From an uncultured Phycisphaerales bacterium (GTDB lineage Bacteria > Planctomycetota > Phycisphaerae > Tepidisphaerales > Tepidisphaeraceae): a stretch of DNA of 64,000 bases. Shown piece after piece: positions 8,916 to 18,574 of the stretch. Each line of letters starts with the position of its first letter. Positions within the stretch are counted from its first letter, which is position 1. The notes under the pieces are model-generated. The model made no database searches, was not told the origin of the DNA, and saw only the letters and a list, made by a program, of their open reading frames with translations. Position numbers and translations under genes: made by a program. Location of the stretch: NCBI GenBank assembly GCA_963758525.1, contig CAVWVQ010000002.1:32001-96000 (forward strand), read 5' to 3'.

Positions 8916-10826
8916 GTGGCAGATACATCGACGATAACTACGCCTAAGCCAACCCTCGGGCTGACGGGCCTCACCTCCAACGCCATGGCGTTGATCGCGC
9001 CGGGCGCGTTTCTCTGGCTGACGTTTGGTGGCCAAGTGCTCACCGGCGCGCCTGCGGCCGGCATGTCCATGTGGCTGGGCATCCTGTTCGCGCTGTTGCT
9101 CTGTCTGGCAACCGCGGTGGCCTATGCGGAGTTGTCCAAGCTGTATCCTGGGGCTGGATCGAGCTACTTCTTTGCCGAGCAGGCGTTCCTCTCGAAAAAG
9201 AAGGCGTTCAAGTTGGCCCGGCTGTCGAAGTTCGTTGTCGGCTGGGCGAGCCATCTTTATTACTGGGTCTACCCGGGCGTCATGGTGGGCGTTACCGCGA
9301 TGATCGTCGGCTACATGACCGGCCAGATCGACGCGCACTTTTCCGATGGCAGTCATCTCAGCACCCTGATCCCGAGCCCCATTTTCATGTATCTGTTCTG
9401 TATCGCCTTTGCATTCGGTGTCGCATACATCGCCTACCGCGGAGTGGTGGGATCCACCGGCGTGGGTGTTGCGATCAATATCACTCAGATCGTGGCATTG
9501 CTGATCTTCTCGGTCATGGCTATTCGCCATCGCGTCGCTCACCCCGAAGGCAGCGCGATATGGGTGCTGGATTCGACCGGCACACCAACGCAATACGTTC
9601 AGGATACCGTGCCTGACACGACCAAGACGATCGCTGACCCCAAAGATCCGACAAAGCAGATTCAGGATCCGACCGCCACGATTCCCGCCGTTGATAAGGA
9701 CGGCCATGCAATCCCGGCCAAGGGTCCGGACGGAAAACCACAGTTGGTAACGGTTTCCTACCTTGGCGGCATCACCAAGGATCCGGCGACAGGCGTGGAA
9801 ACATTCAATTATCATGAAAGCGCCAAGTCCGTGGTAGCACCCCATCAGGCGGGTTACGTGATCATCCAGGCGTGTATCGCGATTCTGATCCTGGTTGGAT
9901 TTGAGTCGGTGACGTCGATGGGTGAAGAGGCGAAGAACGCCAAGCGAGACATCCCAAAGGCGGTCATTCTCTCGCTGCTGATTCAGGGCGGCTTCTGCTA
10001 TCTCTTCGAGTATTTTGCGGCGAATTACTATCTGAACAACGGTTACACCGCAACCGCCGCGGGCGGCTCTTCCGCGCCGATCGGCGACATCATGCAATTG
10101 GTCGGGGCTTCGGCATTCGGAAGCGCCAACGCCGGCTGGTGGTTCATGATGATTGAAGCGTGCACCGTCTTCCTGGCTCTGATCGGCACAACCCTCTCGT
10201 GCATGAACACCGGCGCGCGCGTCACCTACGCGATGGGTCGCGATCAGGAGATGGGCGCTCACTTTGGCATCCTCCACGGCAAGAACGCAACGCCTCATAA
10301 GGCGATCTGGGTGCTCGCGACGCTGTCGGCGGCACTGGGTATCCTCACTGTGATGTTCTGGTTCTGCGGGCCTGCCGCACAGGCGGATACGGTCATCGAC
10401 GCGTTGCCTAAGAATTTCATGTACAAGATCGGCATCTTCCACAATGCGTGGTCATCGAAGATTCCGCAAAGCTTCCTTTGGATAACGCTGGTCAGCAACT
10501 TCGGAACGTTCCTGCTCTACATGATGAGCTGCTTCATTGCCATCGTGGCATTCCACGAACACCAAATGCATGGCTTTTTCAAGCACAAGGTGATTCCGAT
10601 CTTCGGATTGCTGGCTAACTTGCTGTGCATGGTGTTCTATCTGGTCGGTCCGATCCCCGGCTGGAAGTACTCTGTGAACGGCATGAGTTGGAAGGAGCCG
10701 TATGTGGCTCTCGCTGTTGCCGCCCTCTGGGGCATCTACGGTGCGATTTATTTCATCACCGGCAGCAAGAAGACCGGCAAGTCCGTCTTCATCGAAACGC
10801 CCCCAGCCGTGGCGGCCTCGGTCTGA
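8916..10826 (+). CDS. APC-family permease with large extracytoplasmic insertion
   Basis: AYAELSKLYPGAGSSY, VGFESVTSMGEEAKNAKRDIPKA, ARVTYAMGRD; about 12 TMs; AAGGAG RBS. Confidence 0.9.
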   Translation: MADTSTITTPKPTLGLTGLTSNAMALIAPGAFLWLTFGGQVLTGAPAAGMSMWLGILFALLLCLATAVAYAELSKLYPGAGSSYFFAEQAFLSKKKAFKLARLSKFVVGWASHLYYWVYPGVMVGVTAMIVGYMTGQIDAHFSDGSHLSTLIPSPIFMYLFCIAFAFGVAYIAYRGVVGSTGVGVAINITQIVALLIFSVMAIRHRVAHPEGSAIWVLDSTGTPTQYVQDTVPDTTKTIADPKDPTKQIQDPTATIPAVDKDGHAIPAKGPDGKPQLVTVSYLGGITKDPATGVETFNYHESAKSVVAPHQAGYVIIQACIAILILVGFESVTSMGEEAKNAKRDIPKAVILSLLIQGGFCYLFEYFAANYYLNNGYTATAAGGSSAPIGDIMQLVGASAFGSANAGWWFMMIEACTVFLALIGTTLSCMNTGARVTYAMGRDQEMGAHFGILHGKNATPHKAIWVLATLSAALGILTVMFWFCGPAAQADTVIDALPKNFMYKIGIFHNAWSSKIPQSFLWITLVSNFGTFLLYMMSCFIAIVAFHEHQMHGFFKHKVIPIFGLLANLLCMVFYLVGPIPGWKYSVNGMSWKEPYVALAVAALWGIYGAIYFITGSKKTGKSVFIETPPAVAASV

Positions 10827-10861
10827 TCTGACGCCTCGCGCGGATCAATCAACGGAACGAC

Positions 10862-10897
10862 GGGCGGTCACCTTCGGGTGGCCGCCCTTTCCTTTTG
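10862..10897 (+). terminator. Intrinsic terminator after APC permease
   Basis: GGGCGGTCACC-TTCG-GGTGGCCGCCC followed by TTTCCTTTT. Confidence 0.75.
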
Positions 10898-10923
10898 CTG
10901 GACGCTCCATGGGCGTACCTGGG

Positions 10924-12744
10924 CTATTCGCGTACCGGCGCCCGAGGCAGCGTGAATTGAAAGATGCTTCCGCCGCCGGGTGGTTGAACGTATTCGATCG
11001 TACCGCCGTGGGCGTCGACGATTTCCCTGGCGATCGACAGCCCGAGCCCCGCGCCGCTCGGGCCGCTCTTGCGTGGAACGCGGAAGAATCGTTCGAACAA
11101 GTGAGATTGAAATTCCGGGGCGATACCTGGTCCGGTATCGCGGACGCCAAAGAGAACATCCTGAGGTTGGAGTCGGGCAAAAACCGTGACCGAACCCCCG
11201 GCGGGCGTGAACTTGATCGCGTTGACCAGAAGATTTGATAGCGCGTAGCCGACACAGCTCGCATCGGCCATCACCTCCGGGAGCCCAGGCTCGACATCCA
11301 TAGCCAGTGTCAGCGGCGCGGTGTCGATTTGCTCCCGCAGCGGGTCGACGGCTTGACGCACGATCTCCTCAGCCCGCATCGGCGCAAATTGAAAATGTTG
11401 GCCGCCCGATTCAATTCGGCTGATGCTCAGCAGATTATCGATCGTCCGATAGAGCCGGTCGCTGTCATCGCGCGCGGCCTCCAGCACTTTCTTTTGCGAG
11501 GGTCCGACTGGCCCCAGCTTTCCGTCCACCAGCATCAGCACGGCCATGCGGATGGCCGTCAGCGGGGTGCGGAGCTCGTGTGACACCGTCGAAACCAGGC
11601 CGCTCTTGAGCTCGTCGGCGTGCCGCAGGCGCGTGACATCGACGAGAATCACCGTGACTCCCATCAGTTGCCGTTGAGTATTCATCATCGGAACGGCCCG
11701 TGGGAGCAGGAATCGCTCCTGACCATTCTCGAAAAGCTGAATCGCCGACTGGTAACCCTGTGGATCGCATGGCTCGCGCGTCGCGCAGACCTGGGTGTAG
11801 ATCCTGTCGAGCCACTTGAGTCCCAGCGACGGCAGAGTCACTCCCGGGGCGACGGAGAAATGACTTTGCGCCGTCCGATTCGAGATTTCGATAATTCCGC
11901 CCGGGCGGATCACGAAGACGGCATCGGGCAGGCTGTCGATCGCAAGCTGAGTCGTTTCCTGGGTGCGCTGCAGCCGTTCGTGATCGATCCGGCGAAACTC
12001 CCGCAAACGTTCGGCCATCGCGTTAAAGGATTCGGTCAGCTGCGCGATCTCATCACGGCCCTTCACCTGCACGCGCAAATCCAAATCCCCTTCACCAATC
12101 TGTTGCGCCGAGCGTGTCAGCGTTTGCAGCGGACGCAGAACGGTCGCGCCAACCGCGGCGACGAGCACCACCGCGAGCAGGGTTCCCGCCGCCGCGAAAA
12201 TCAGCAGCGTATCGCGTACGGAGCCGAGCATGCGTTTCACCCGCCCATCCACCGACACCATATTGGAAATGTTCAGGTCCGCCACCGCCTGGGCGGCGGT
12301 TTTGACCTGTTCGTATTCGGGCAGCAGTTCGTCGCGGAACAGCGACCGCTTCTGAGGAATGTCGGCGGCTCCCTCAAAACGATCGTAGGATTCGCGGTAT
12401 TTTTGCCACGAGTCCTGGATTTGCGCCGTGAGCTGCTTCTCGTGCTGCAGCGTGATATTCCTCACCTGGCGCCCAAGGTTCTCGTCAAACTGCTGCCGCA
12501 TCACCACGGAGTTGGCGCTTCCCTCGGCGGCGCGGTTCCAGACGATCCGCTGGGCCCGCGCATCAAGGGCATCGATCGCCTCCTTCATCCGGTCGCAGTA
12601 AACGGCACTGTCATAGTTCTCGCGAAAGACTTGATCCAGAGCCGAGCTGTATCGAGTAAGCACTCCAACGCTCAAAGCGCTGACGGCCAGCAATATCACC
12701 AGCAAACCCCCGAAGCCGATCATCAGCTTGTGCCGAAGGCTCAT
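10924..12744 (-). CDS. Sensor histidine kinase (4-helix periplasmic sensor, HAMP, PAS-like, HisKA, HATPase)
   Basis: GRDEIAQLTESFNAM, VSHELRTPLTAI, NLLVNAIKFT, DTGPGI, GAGLGLSI. Confidence 0.93.
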   Translation of the reverse strand: MSLRHKLMIGFGGLLVILLAVSALSVGVLTRYSSALDQVFRENYDSAVYCDRMKEAIDALDARAQRIVWNRAAEGSANSVVMRQQFDENLGRQVRNITLQHEKQLTAQIQDSWQKYRESYDRFEGAADIPQKRSLFRDELLPEYEQVKTAAQAVADLNISNMVSVDGRVKRMLGSVRDTLLIFAAAGTLLAVVLVAAVGATVLRPLQTLTRSAQQIGEGDLDLRVQVKGRDEIAQLTESFNAMAERLREFRRIDHERLQRTQETTQLAIDSLPDAVFVIRPGGIIEISNRTAQSHFSVAPGVTLPSLGLKWLDRIYTQVCATREPCDPQGYQSAIQLFENGQERFLLPRAVPMMNTQRQLMGVTVILVDVTRLRHADELKSGLVSTVSHELRTPLTAIRMAVLMLVDGKLGPVGPSQKKVLEAARDDSDRLYRTIDNLLSISRIESGGQHFQFAPMRAEEIVRQAVDPLREQIDTAPLTLAMDVEPGLPEVMADASCVGYALSNLLVNAIKFTPAGGSVTVFARLQPQDVLFGVRDTGPGIAPEFQSHLFERFFRVPRKSGPSGAGLGLSIAREIVDAHGGTIEYVQPPGGGSIFQFTLPRAPVRE

Positions 12745-12800
12745 GGCCGGAAATCATAACGAATCAAGGCGCAGAGGCACGGAGGAAAAGATGCCAAGAG

Positions 12801-12942
12801 TTGGGGATTGCAAATTGCAAAATTGGAAAAAACGCCGGCTACTTGTTCCCGTCTTCAAATTGCAAGTCAGGCTCCGACGTTCCGCCGCCGGGCGGACTCC
12901 TGCTCAATTTGCAATTTACAATTTGCAATTTGCAATCCCCAA
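12801..12942. repeat. Intergenic inverted repeat built from TTGCAAA/CAATTTG heptamers
   Basis: TTGGGGATTGCAAATTGCAAA ... TTTGCAATTTGCAATCCCCAA. Confidence 0.75.
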
Positions 12943-13017
12943 CTCCCCGCATCTTCTCTCCCTCCGCCCCTCCGCGCGTTTCCTCCCCACCCCTTCTTCC
13001 CGTACCTTTTGTCACCA

Positions 13018-13617
13018 ATGCCTGCTTCAACCCGGATTCGCGCTGTTACGGTTTACTGCTCCGCCAGGGAGGACGTGGACCAGATCTATTTTGACGCCGC
13101 CCGGCAACTGGGCGGCGCGATTGCGCGCAGGAGTTGGCAACTGGTCTATGGCGGCAATGATCTGGGATTGATGGGGACGCTCGCGAACGCCGCCCGGGCC
13201 GCCGGTGGCAAAGTCATCGGCGTCACTCCGCGCCTGTTTGTGGATCAGGGCGTTGCGGACCGCAAATGCGATGAATTGATCATCACTGACAACATGCGTC
13301 AGCGAAAGGAAATGGTCGAGCAACGAGGGGATGCGTTCATCGCGCTTCCCGGCGGACTGGGAACTCTCGAAGAATTTTTCGAGATCGTGGTGGGTCGGGT
13401 TCTGGGTTATCACGATAAGCCGATCGTTCTGCTCAACATTGCCGACTTCTACGCCCCGCTGCTGGCCATGCTCGATCACGCCGTCGGGCAGCGCTTCGTC
13501 CCGGCGCAGGCGCGGCAGTTCTTTCACGTCGCCCAAACCGTTGAGCTGGCGCTGGCTCATCTTGAAGCGCAAGCCGCAAAGCCTTTGCACGGCGCCGTTT
13601 CCACCGAAGCCGACTAA
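13018..13617 (+). CDS. LOG-family nucleotide 5'-monophosphate nucleosidase (TIGR00730)
   Basis: LVYGG, GLMG, MRQRK, DAFIALPGGLGTLEE, HDKPIVLLN. Confidence 0.9.
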   Translation: MPASTRIRAVTVYCSAREDVDQIYFDAARQLGGAIARRSWQLVYGGNDLGLMGTLANAARAAGGKVIGVTPRLFVDQGVADRKCDELIITDNMRQRKEMVEQRGDAFIALPGGLGTLEEFFEIVVGRVLGYHDKPIVLLNIADFYAPLLAMLDHAVGQRFVPAQARQFFHVAQTVELALAHLEAQAAKPLHGAVSTEAD

Positions 13618-13673
13618 CCCGCAAAACCTTCAATGCGACTCCGCCGATCAGGGCGATATCATATACGGCGCCC

Positions 13674-14770
13674 ATGGTCCGGACCGAACGCTACATTTTC
13701 ATCGCCATCAGTGCCTCGCTGCTGCTGCACGCAGGTCTATTAGGCGTGGCGACGGAAAAGGCGCGATATCCGAAAATTTATCTGCCGCCGTTGCGACGCG
13801 CGGAGAGCACCGTCGTCATTGCGCTCCAACCGCCGCCGCCCCCTCCGCCCGACGACATGGGCGACCGTGCCGGGGTCGGCACGGCGTCGAGCGCGTCAGC
13901 TGGGCCGACACCATTGCAGGCGCGGCAGGCGGATCAGGATCAGCCGCAGCTCAGTCGCGATCCGACGGGGCCTGCGAAAATCGCGCATGCGCCCAATCCC
14001 TCCAACATCCCGCCCGGGGAGCGCGGGCGAGGAGGCCAGCGCGGACAGATTGCCATCGAAACGCCGCCACAGCGAGAATCGCCGGTGCAGCCAGCGCTGA
14101 CACCTCCTCCGCAGACTCCGGTCGTGGCGGCAGTTGCCCCGCCCAAGCCGGCTGTCCAGCCCCCTAAACCTGCAGCAGAGCGAGCTACCGCCGATCAGCC
14201 GACAGCCCCGCCGGAAATCAAGCCCGAATCAGTCTCCTTGCCCAAGGCGCTGCTCTTGCCGCCCGACATCAAATTGCCCCCGCCTGCCACCGCGCCCGAG
14301 GTTCAGGTGGCAGTCGTCTCGCCCCCCACTCCCGCGCCGCGAAAGAGTACCGCCCAGGTGAAGCCTCAGGCCGCCACCGGCGACGGGCTGGCGCCCGGCG
14401 CGCGACGGCCGCCGATCCTTACCAGCAAAGCGACTCCGAATCCGATGCGTTCACCACCGTCGGATCGGCGGTCGTTCACGATGGACGGATCAGTGTCCGC
14501 GCCGGTCGAAAAATCAAAACGGTTCGCCCGCTGCTGCTCGTCCCCGGCATCCTCGATACGCTGGGCGAGAGCGATCCATCCGTTCAGTTGAAGGTCAACA
14601 TCGATGCGACGGGTAAAGTGACATCGGTCGATGTGCTGCATTCCAGCGGAAGCAACGACATCGATCAGCCCTGTGTCGTGGCAATGTACGACTGGTGGTT
14701 TGAACCCAGCCGCGACAGCAAGGGAAAGCCGATTCCCGACGTCGTTCTTTTTACGCTCAGTTTTCGCTGA
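13674..14770 (+). CDS. TonB-family protein (TM, Pro-rich linker, TonB_C), frameshift near 14400
   Basis: ISASLLLHAG TM motif, Pro-rich linker, VNIDATGKVTSVDVLHSSGSNDIDQ...W.FEP. Confidence 0.75.
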
Positions 14771-15459
14771 TGAAACTTTCCGAGCTCTTCTATTCGATTC
14801 AAGGCGAGGGAAAGCTCGCAGGCGTGCCGAGCATTTTTGTGCGGGCCAGCGGGTGCAATCTGCGATGCACATGGTGTGACACTCCCTATGCAAGCTGGAA
14901 TCCGCAAGGAGACGAAGCGTCCATCCAGCAGATCATCAACCGGGTGGCAGAATATCCGTCCCGTCACGTCGTGCTCACCGGCGGCGAGCCAATGATCATG
15001 CCGGACATCGTCGAATTGTGCGCTGCCCTGAAAGATCGCCACTATCACCTGACAATGGAAACCGCAGGGACGGTGCATGCGGCGGCGAAAATCGATTTGG
15101 CCTCGATCTCTCCGAAGCTTTCCAACTCAACGCCGGTGCAACGCGAAGCGGGACGGTTCGCCGTCGCGCACGAAGCGCACCGCATCAACGTTGCAACGAT
15201 CCAACGGCTCATCGACGACAGCCCCGACTTTCAGGTGAAATTCGTTATCTCGGCCGATTCCGACCTTCCGGAGATAGACGCCGTGCTGCAACAGCTTCAT
15301 GGCTGGTCCCCCGCCGATGTGCTGCTGATGCCGGAGGGAACCGATCCGGCAGTGCTGAGGGAGCGTTCCGCCTGGGTCTCCGAAATCTGCAAGCAAACCG
15401 GCTTCCGCTTCTGCCCCCGCCTGCATATTGCGCTCTACGGCAATACCCGTGGAACGTGA
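14770..15459 (+). CDS. queE: 7-carboxy-7-deazaguanine synthase (radical SAM)
   Basis: ELFYSIQGEG, GCNLRCTWCDT, LTGGEP, SISPKL, PRLH. Confidence 0.92.
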   Translation: MKLSELFYSIQGEGKLAGVPSIFVRASGCNLRCTWCDTPYASWNPQGDEASIQQIINRVAEYPSRHVVLTGGEPMIMPDIVELCAALKDRHYHLTMETAGTVHAAAKIDLASISPKLSNSTPVQREAGRFAVAHEAHRINVATIQRLIDDSPDFQVKFVISADSDLPEIDAVLQQLHGWSPADVLLMPEGTDPAVLRERSAWVSEICKQTGFRFCPRLHIALYGNTRGT

Positions 15460-15468
15460 GTAACACGC

Positions 15469-15612
15469 GGGTGTAACTTTTATTTGTGGCGATTGCAGAT
15501 TTTGCGATCGTAGGGCGGGATTCATCCCGCCGTTTTCTCAGCCGGCCAACAAATCGGCGGGATGAATCCCGCCCTACTCGGAGCCGATCGCCACTTTCGA
15601 GCGCCACACCCG
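15469..15612. mobile_element. 144-bp MITE-like element (copy 2, inverted relative to copy 1)
   Basis: Reverse complement of 601-744. Confidence 0.75.
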
Positions 15613-15740
15613 TACAGGCGGATCGCTCCACAACCACTTGTGTTACGACTCGCCGATCGCACCGGCGCAGCTTGCCCTTCGCGGAGCGATCAACCTGCCT
15701 ACAATCGCGACGATCGCCCATTCACCAAAAGGAGCACCAC

Positions 15741-16805
15741 TTGGCATCAGCCCGAGCATTTTCAGCGACAGCAGCCGCCGCGCCTCTTTCCGCGAGCACC
15801 ATTCCGCGCCGGGATCCCGGCCCCAGCGACGTGGAATTTGACATCACCTTTTGCGGCGTCTGCCACTCAGATCTGCACGCCACTCGCAACGAGTGGGCAG
15901 CGTGGCCGACGATCTATCCCTGCGTACCCGGCCACGAGATCGTCGGGCGTGTGACAAAAGTCGGGAACAAGGTGACGAAATTCAAAGCCGGCGACCTGGT
16001 CGCCACCGGCTGCATGGTCGACTCCTGCCAGACCTGCGACAGCTGTCGGGAAGGGCTCGAGCAATATTGTGACAACGGCGCCACCGTCTTCACCTACAAT
16101 TCGCCCGATCCGCACAAGACGGCGCCAGCCACCTACGGGGGCTACTCCGAGCGGATTGTCGTGAACGAAAAATTCGTGCTGCGCGTGCCGGCAAATCTGG
16201 ACGCGGCAGCCGCCTCCCCGCTGCTGTGCGCCGGGATCACGCTCTATTCGCCCCTCAAGCATTGGAACGCCGGTCCGGGCAAAAAGGTTGGCATCGTCGG
16301 CCTGGGCGGCCTGGGCCACATGGGCGTGAAGTTCGCACACGCGTTCGGGGCTCACACCGTCCTCTTCACGACCTCGCCGGACAAGATCGAAGACGGCAAG
16401 CGCCTCGGCGCCGATGAGGTGGTCATCTCCAAAAACGCCGATGCAATGAACGCCCACACCCGCAGCTTCGACCTCATCGTCAGCACGGTGGCGGCGTCCC
16501 ACAACCTCGATCCGTTCATCTCGTTGCTCAGACGAGACGGCACGCTCGTGCTCGTCGGAGCGCCGGAACATCCGCATCCGTCGCCGACCGTCTTCAATTT
16601 ACTGCTGGGCCGTCGCTCCCTGGCCGGGTCTGCCATCGGCGGCATCCGCGAAACCCAGGAAATGCTCGACTACTGCGGCCAGAAGAACATCACTTGCGAC
16701 ATCGAAATGATCCCCATTCAGCAGATCAACGAAGCATACGGGCGCATGGCACGTGGGGACGTGAAATATCGTTTCGTCATCGATATGAAAACCCTCAAGG
16801 GATGA
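15741..16805 (+). CDS. Zn-dependent NAD(P)H alcohol dehydrogenase (CAD/YahK-like)
   Basis: CGVCHSD, GHE, CxxCxxCx7C, GLGGLG, DVKYRFVID; AAGGAG RBS before TTG. Confidence 0.92.
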   Translation: MASARAFSATAAAAPLSASTIPRRDPGPSDVEFDITFCGVCHSDLHATRNEWAAWPTIYPCVPGHEIVGRVTKVGNKVTKFKAGDLVATGCMVDSCQTCDSCREGLEQYCDNGATVFTYNSPDPHKTAPATYGGYSERIVVNEKFVLRVPANLDAAAASPLLCAGITLYSPLKHWNAGPGKKVGIVGLGGLGHMGVKFAHAFGAHTVLFTTSPDKIEDGKRLGADEVVISKNADAMNAHTRSFDLIVSTVAASHNLDPFISLLRRDGTLVLVGAPEHPHPSPTVFNLLLGRRSLAGSAIGGIRETQEMLDYCGQKNITCDIEMIPIQQINEAYGRMARGDVKYRFVIDMKTLKG

Positions 16806-16890
16806 CTTTCAGGGGATGACTTTTGTTCTGTTCGAATGCCCCTCTGGTCCCCTCTGTTGGTACCTCTCTGGTCCCCTCTCCTGGCACTGA

Positions 16891-16992
16891 GGGATAGGGT
16901 GAGGGTGATTTCGAGCACCAATTTCGCTCGACATTCCAAATCACCCTCACCCCAACCCCCCCAGCCCTCTCCCGGAGTACCAGGAGAGGGGG
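16891..16992. repeat. REP-like palindromes (AGGGTGAGGGTGATTT...AAATCACCCTCACCC; CCCTCTCCCGGAGTACCAGGAGAGGG)
   Basis: Direct inspection; family recurs in window. Confidence 0.7.
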
Positions 16993-17087
16993 AGCAAGCG
17001 CCTACTGATTTAGCGTCACCCAAAAACCCTCGACGGGTGACCGCGGCACCATCGTGTCAATCGGAAAATTTGCTATTATGCCTCCAG

Positions 17088-17456
17088 ATGTTCGTCAAAC
17101 TGACCAAGTCCTTCCACTTTGAAGCCGCTCACGATCTGCCGACGTTTCCGGCAGATCACAAGTGCCGGCGCCTGCACGGGCATTCCTTTCGCTTCGACGC
17201 GATCGTTGCCGGTGAAGTTGACCCGGCGAAGGGATTCCTCCTCGACTACGGCGATATTCAGCGGGCGGCGGATCCGATCGTCAGGCAACTGGATCACTAT
17301 TATCTCAACGAAGTGGAAGGGCTTTCCAATCCGACGGCGGAAAATGTCGCCAAATGGATCTGGGATCGGCTCAAGCCGCAGCTGCCGCTGTTGAAATCGA
17401 TCATTCTGTACGAGACGTGCACCTCGGCGTGCGAATATTCGGAGGCGATGCAATGA
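17088..17456 (+). CDS. queD: 6-carboxytetrahydropterin synthase
   Basis: FEAAHDL, KCRRLHGHS, LDHYYLNEVEGLSNPTAEN, ET. Confidence 0.93.
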   Translation: MFVKLTKSFHFEAAHDLPTFPADHKCRRLHGHSFRFDAIVAGEVDPAKGFLLDYGDIQRAADPIVRQLDHYYLNEVEGLSNPTAENVAKWIWDRLKPQLPLLKSIILYETCTSACEYSEAMQ

Positions 17457-18106
17457 GCCGGATGCTGCGGGAACAAATGTGCGAGATCGGCCGGCGCATC
17501 TGGGCGCGCGGCTACTGCGGTGGGAACGAGGGCAATCATTCAGTTCGCTATCGCGCGGACCGCATTCTCTGCACCCCCACCGGCAAGAGCAAAGGCTTTC
17601 TCAAGCCTGCGGACCTCTGCGTCGTCGACATGCAGGGCAGGCAGATTTCCGGCGGCCAGAAAGCGACCAGCGAAATTCTCCTCCACCTTGCCGTCTACAA
17701 CAACCGCCCCGACGTCGCGGCCGTCGTTCACAGCCATCCGCCCCACGCCACCGCTTTCTGCATCACCCACACGGACCTGCCGGCGGGGATTCACCCCGAG
17801 GCGGAAATTTTTCTCGGCAATATTCCCAGCGCTCCTTACGTCACTCCCGGCGACACGCGACTGGGCGAATCCATCCTCCCCTATGTGAAAACGGCAACCA
17901 CCATCCTGCTGCAAAATCATGGCGTGGTCACCTATGCCGCCACGCTGGAAAAAGCGTATTACCAGCTTGAGATCGTCGACGCCTACGCAAGGATGTTGAT
18001 CCTCGCGAAGCAGCTTGGGCAGATTCGCACGCTGGATGCAAAGCTGATCGAAGAGATGGAGCCCCTCAAGTTGCGGTTCAACCCGCCGGGCGTTCCGTTG
18101 TTTTGA
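17453..18106 (+). CDS. Class II aldolase/adducin family protein
   Basis: NEGNHSVR, TPTG, SEILLH, VVHSHPP, LLQNHGVV. Confidence 0.88.
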   Translation: MSRMLREQMCEIGRRIWARGYCGGNEGNHSVRYRADRILCTPTGKSKGFLKPADLCVVDMQGRQISGGQKATSEILLHLAVYNNRPDVAAVVHSHPPHATAFCITHTDLPAGIHPEAEIFLGNIPSAPYVTPGDTRLGESILPYVKTATTILLQNHGVVTYAATLEKAYYQLEIVDAYARMLILAKQLGQIRTLDAKLIEEMEPLKLRFNPPGVPLF

Positions 18107-18113
18107 GGCACCA

Positions 18114-18458
18114 CTACTCGACGGTCGGCCGGTTCGTATTGCAATGCCAGCACGCCGTGAATTGCTCTTCGATCTTTTCCCCGCAATTCGGGCAGGTCCA
18201 CGTGGGCTTCTCAGGAACGTCGCCCGCTTCGACCCGCGCGATCCGCCGGCGCTCATACTCCTCGACGATCGGCTTGGCCCGCTCCACATCCGCCTCATTC
18301 ACCCACACCGACGGCATGGCCGCTTCTGAAACCGGAACTGCGCCCCACACCTCTTCCAACTGCTGCCCCTGAATCGTCGATTCGATCTCCTGTTCGCTCA
18401 ACAGCCCCCGCAGAAATTCCGCATCCATCAGCGTCCGCCCGAAATAGATCTTTTGCAT
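18114..18458 (-). CDS. DUF2007-like protein with C-terminal zinc ribbon
   Basis: AEFLRGLLSEQEIES...VWVNEADVERAK...WTCPNCGEKIEEQFTACWHC. Confidence 0.75.
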   Translation of the reverse strand: MQKIYFGRTLMDAEFLRGLLSEQEIESTIQGQQLEEVWGAVPVSEAAMPSVWVNEADVERAKPIVEEYERRRIARVEAGDVPEKPTWTCPNCGEKIEEQFTACWHCNTNRPTVE

Positions 18459-18574
18459 ATTGATAGTGTAGTCGGCCCGCCAGCGGGCGCGAATGCCGGT
18501 GATTGGCCCTGGTGATTGGTGATTGGAACGTGACAAGGATGGGCTGAAACGTGAAGACGTGAATCTCCCGCAGC

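Noticed and set aside
14770..17456. Dpd-type DNA deazaguanine modification island
   Set aside because: queE and queD look like ordinary queuosine genes; no dpdA/tgt-like or associated genes in the window.
17453..18106. Bacterial microcompartment locus
   Set aside because: The aldolase resembles the planctomycete BMC type, but no shell genes are present nearby.
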